Shown piece by piece: positions 63,230 through 64,000 of a DNA stretch of 64,000 nucleotides. The DNA comes from an uncultured virus (IMG/VR IMGVR_UViG_3300048576_000363) (Duplodnaviria; Heunggongvirae; Uroviricota; Caudoviricetes). A program made the position numbers and the translations under genes. Numbering within the stretch: the stretch's first letter is position 1; the number at the start of each line of letters is the position of its first letter. Location of the stretch: positions 62,001 through 126,000 of IMG/VR virus record IMGVR_UViG_3300048576_000363; one strand, given 5' to 3'. A model generated the notes under the pieces. The model had not been told where the DNA came from, did not search any database, and saw nothing but the letters and a program-made list of their open reading frames with translations.

Positions 63230-63982
63230 ATGAAATGTACATCATGTAATTGGATAGGAAGTAGAGGCGAATTAGTCATAGATAGACGTCTTGGTCAAAA
63301 CTGTTTAGACGAGAATTTCTTTAAACTTACAAACTGGAACTGTTGTCCAAGATGTAATCGGACTTTAATAGTAAAAGATTCACATAATGAAATAAGTTTA
63401 GCTTTCAACAATTCTGTGTTTTGTATTGACTCTCCCTTACACAATAAACCAACTCATATTCATTTATGCAGGATTTTAGATTTTTCTGTCTCACCTTTTG
63501 GTATTTCGTTTTTAGGTTATAAAACACCTGCACATTTAGCACAAACTTTTAAACTAACTGTACTTTTAAACGGATTCGAAGATCATAAATTTGAATCTTT
63601 AATAATTTTAAAAATGCTTTATGAAGCTCATAAAAATAAATATCGTTGTGTAAGCAAAGACTATAATGGCTATAAATTGTTTGGAAATGAAGGAGGCATA
63701 CCTTCAGGCATATATCCTTTTATAAAGTGCTCCTTTTGTGCAAGATACTATGAATACACAACAAATCAAAAAAATGGTTGGCCCTTATCTATTGCTGAAA
63801 TAGAAAAAATCAAAACAAATAAAGTACGAAAACTTTTAGACTCTGTATCTCCTCGAAGTAATAACAAGTTTTCAATGTTGTTTGGTTCTAAAGAAATTGA
63901 AGAAGAACAAACAATTTGTTGTTGTAATGAAATCTCTAACACATTAGATTGTGCATTTCACAAACCTACAAAGTTACAATAA
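63230..63982 (+). CDS. Cys-rich hypothetical protein
   Basis: CxxC pairs (CTSC, CPRC, CSFC); no family recognised. Confidence 0.55.
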   Translation: MKCTSCNWIGSRGELVIDRRLGQNCLDENFFKLTNWNCCPRCNRTLIVKDSHNEISLAFNNSVFCIDSPLHNKPTHIHLCRILDFSVSPFGISFLGYKTPAHLAQTFKLTVLLNGFEDHKFESLIILKMLYEAHKNKYRCVSKDYNGYKLFGNEGGIPSGIYPFIKCSFCARYYEYTTNQKNGWPLSIAEIEKIKTNKVRKLLDSVSPRSNNKFSMLFGSKEIEEEQTICCCNEISNTLDCAFHKPTKLQ

Positions 63983-64000
63983 AATGTCATCTACAATGTT

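Overview
AT-rich segment of a large (probably jumbo) tailed dsDNA phage genome, with no rRNA, tRNA or CRISPR features seen. All family calls come from motifs recognised by eye; no searches were run. + strand 1-8.5 kb: the end of a tail/structural gene, then a glycosyltransferase/methyltransferase cluster. That cluster looks like one multidomain enzyme cut into four ORFs with unrelated genes (including an HNH endonuclease) between the pieces. - strand 8.6-62.8 kb: a 4446-aa fibre (nine 7-bladed beta-propellers plus long Thr-rich collagen) and fibre/FN3-like proteins. The head module follows: HK97-fold major capsid, two paralogous decoration proteins, scaffold, prohead protease, portal and TerL, with two free-standing NUMOD3 endonucleases. 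Next come a phage sigma factor, FmdB zinc ribbons, a SLOG protein, holin/M15 endolysin, cupin and AAA+ ATPase. The last part holds class II RNR with an HNH intein, a phosphoesterase, a Hel308-like helicase, SpoVG, an NrdG-like radical SAM protein, a GIY-YIG-like protein and DUF932. Three observations are not explained by ordinary annotation. (1) The split glycosyltransferase. (2) A shared amphipathic leader (K-I-A-x-E-I-L, often followed by K-x-A/S) on more than ten unrelated proteins, suggesting a head-packaging/proteolytic-maturation tag that may also load a sigma factor and an AAA+ ATPase. (3) A recurring 16-nt intergenic motif (TTTCTATAGTTTTTAT, sense strand) upstream of head-module and tagged genes, a candidate late promoter.
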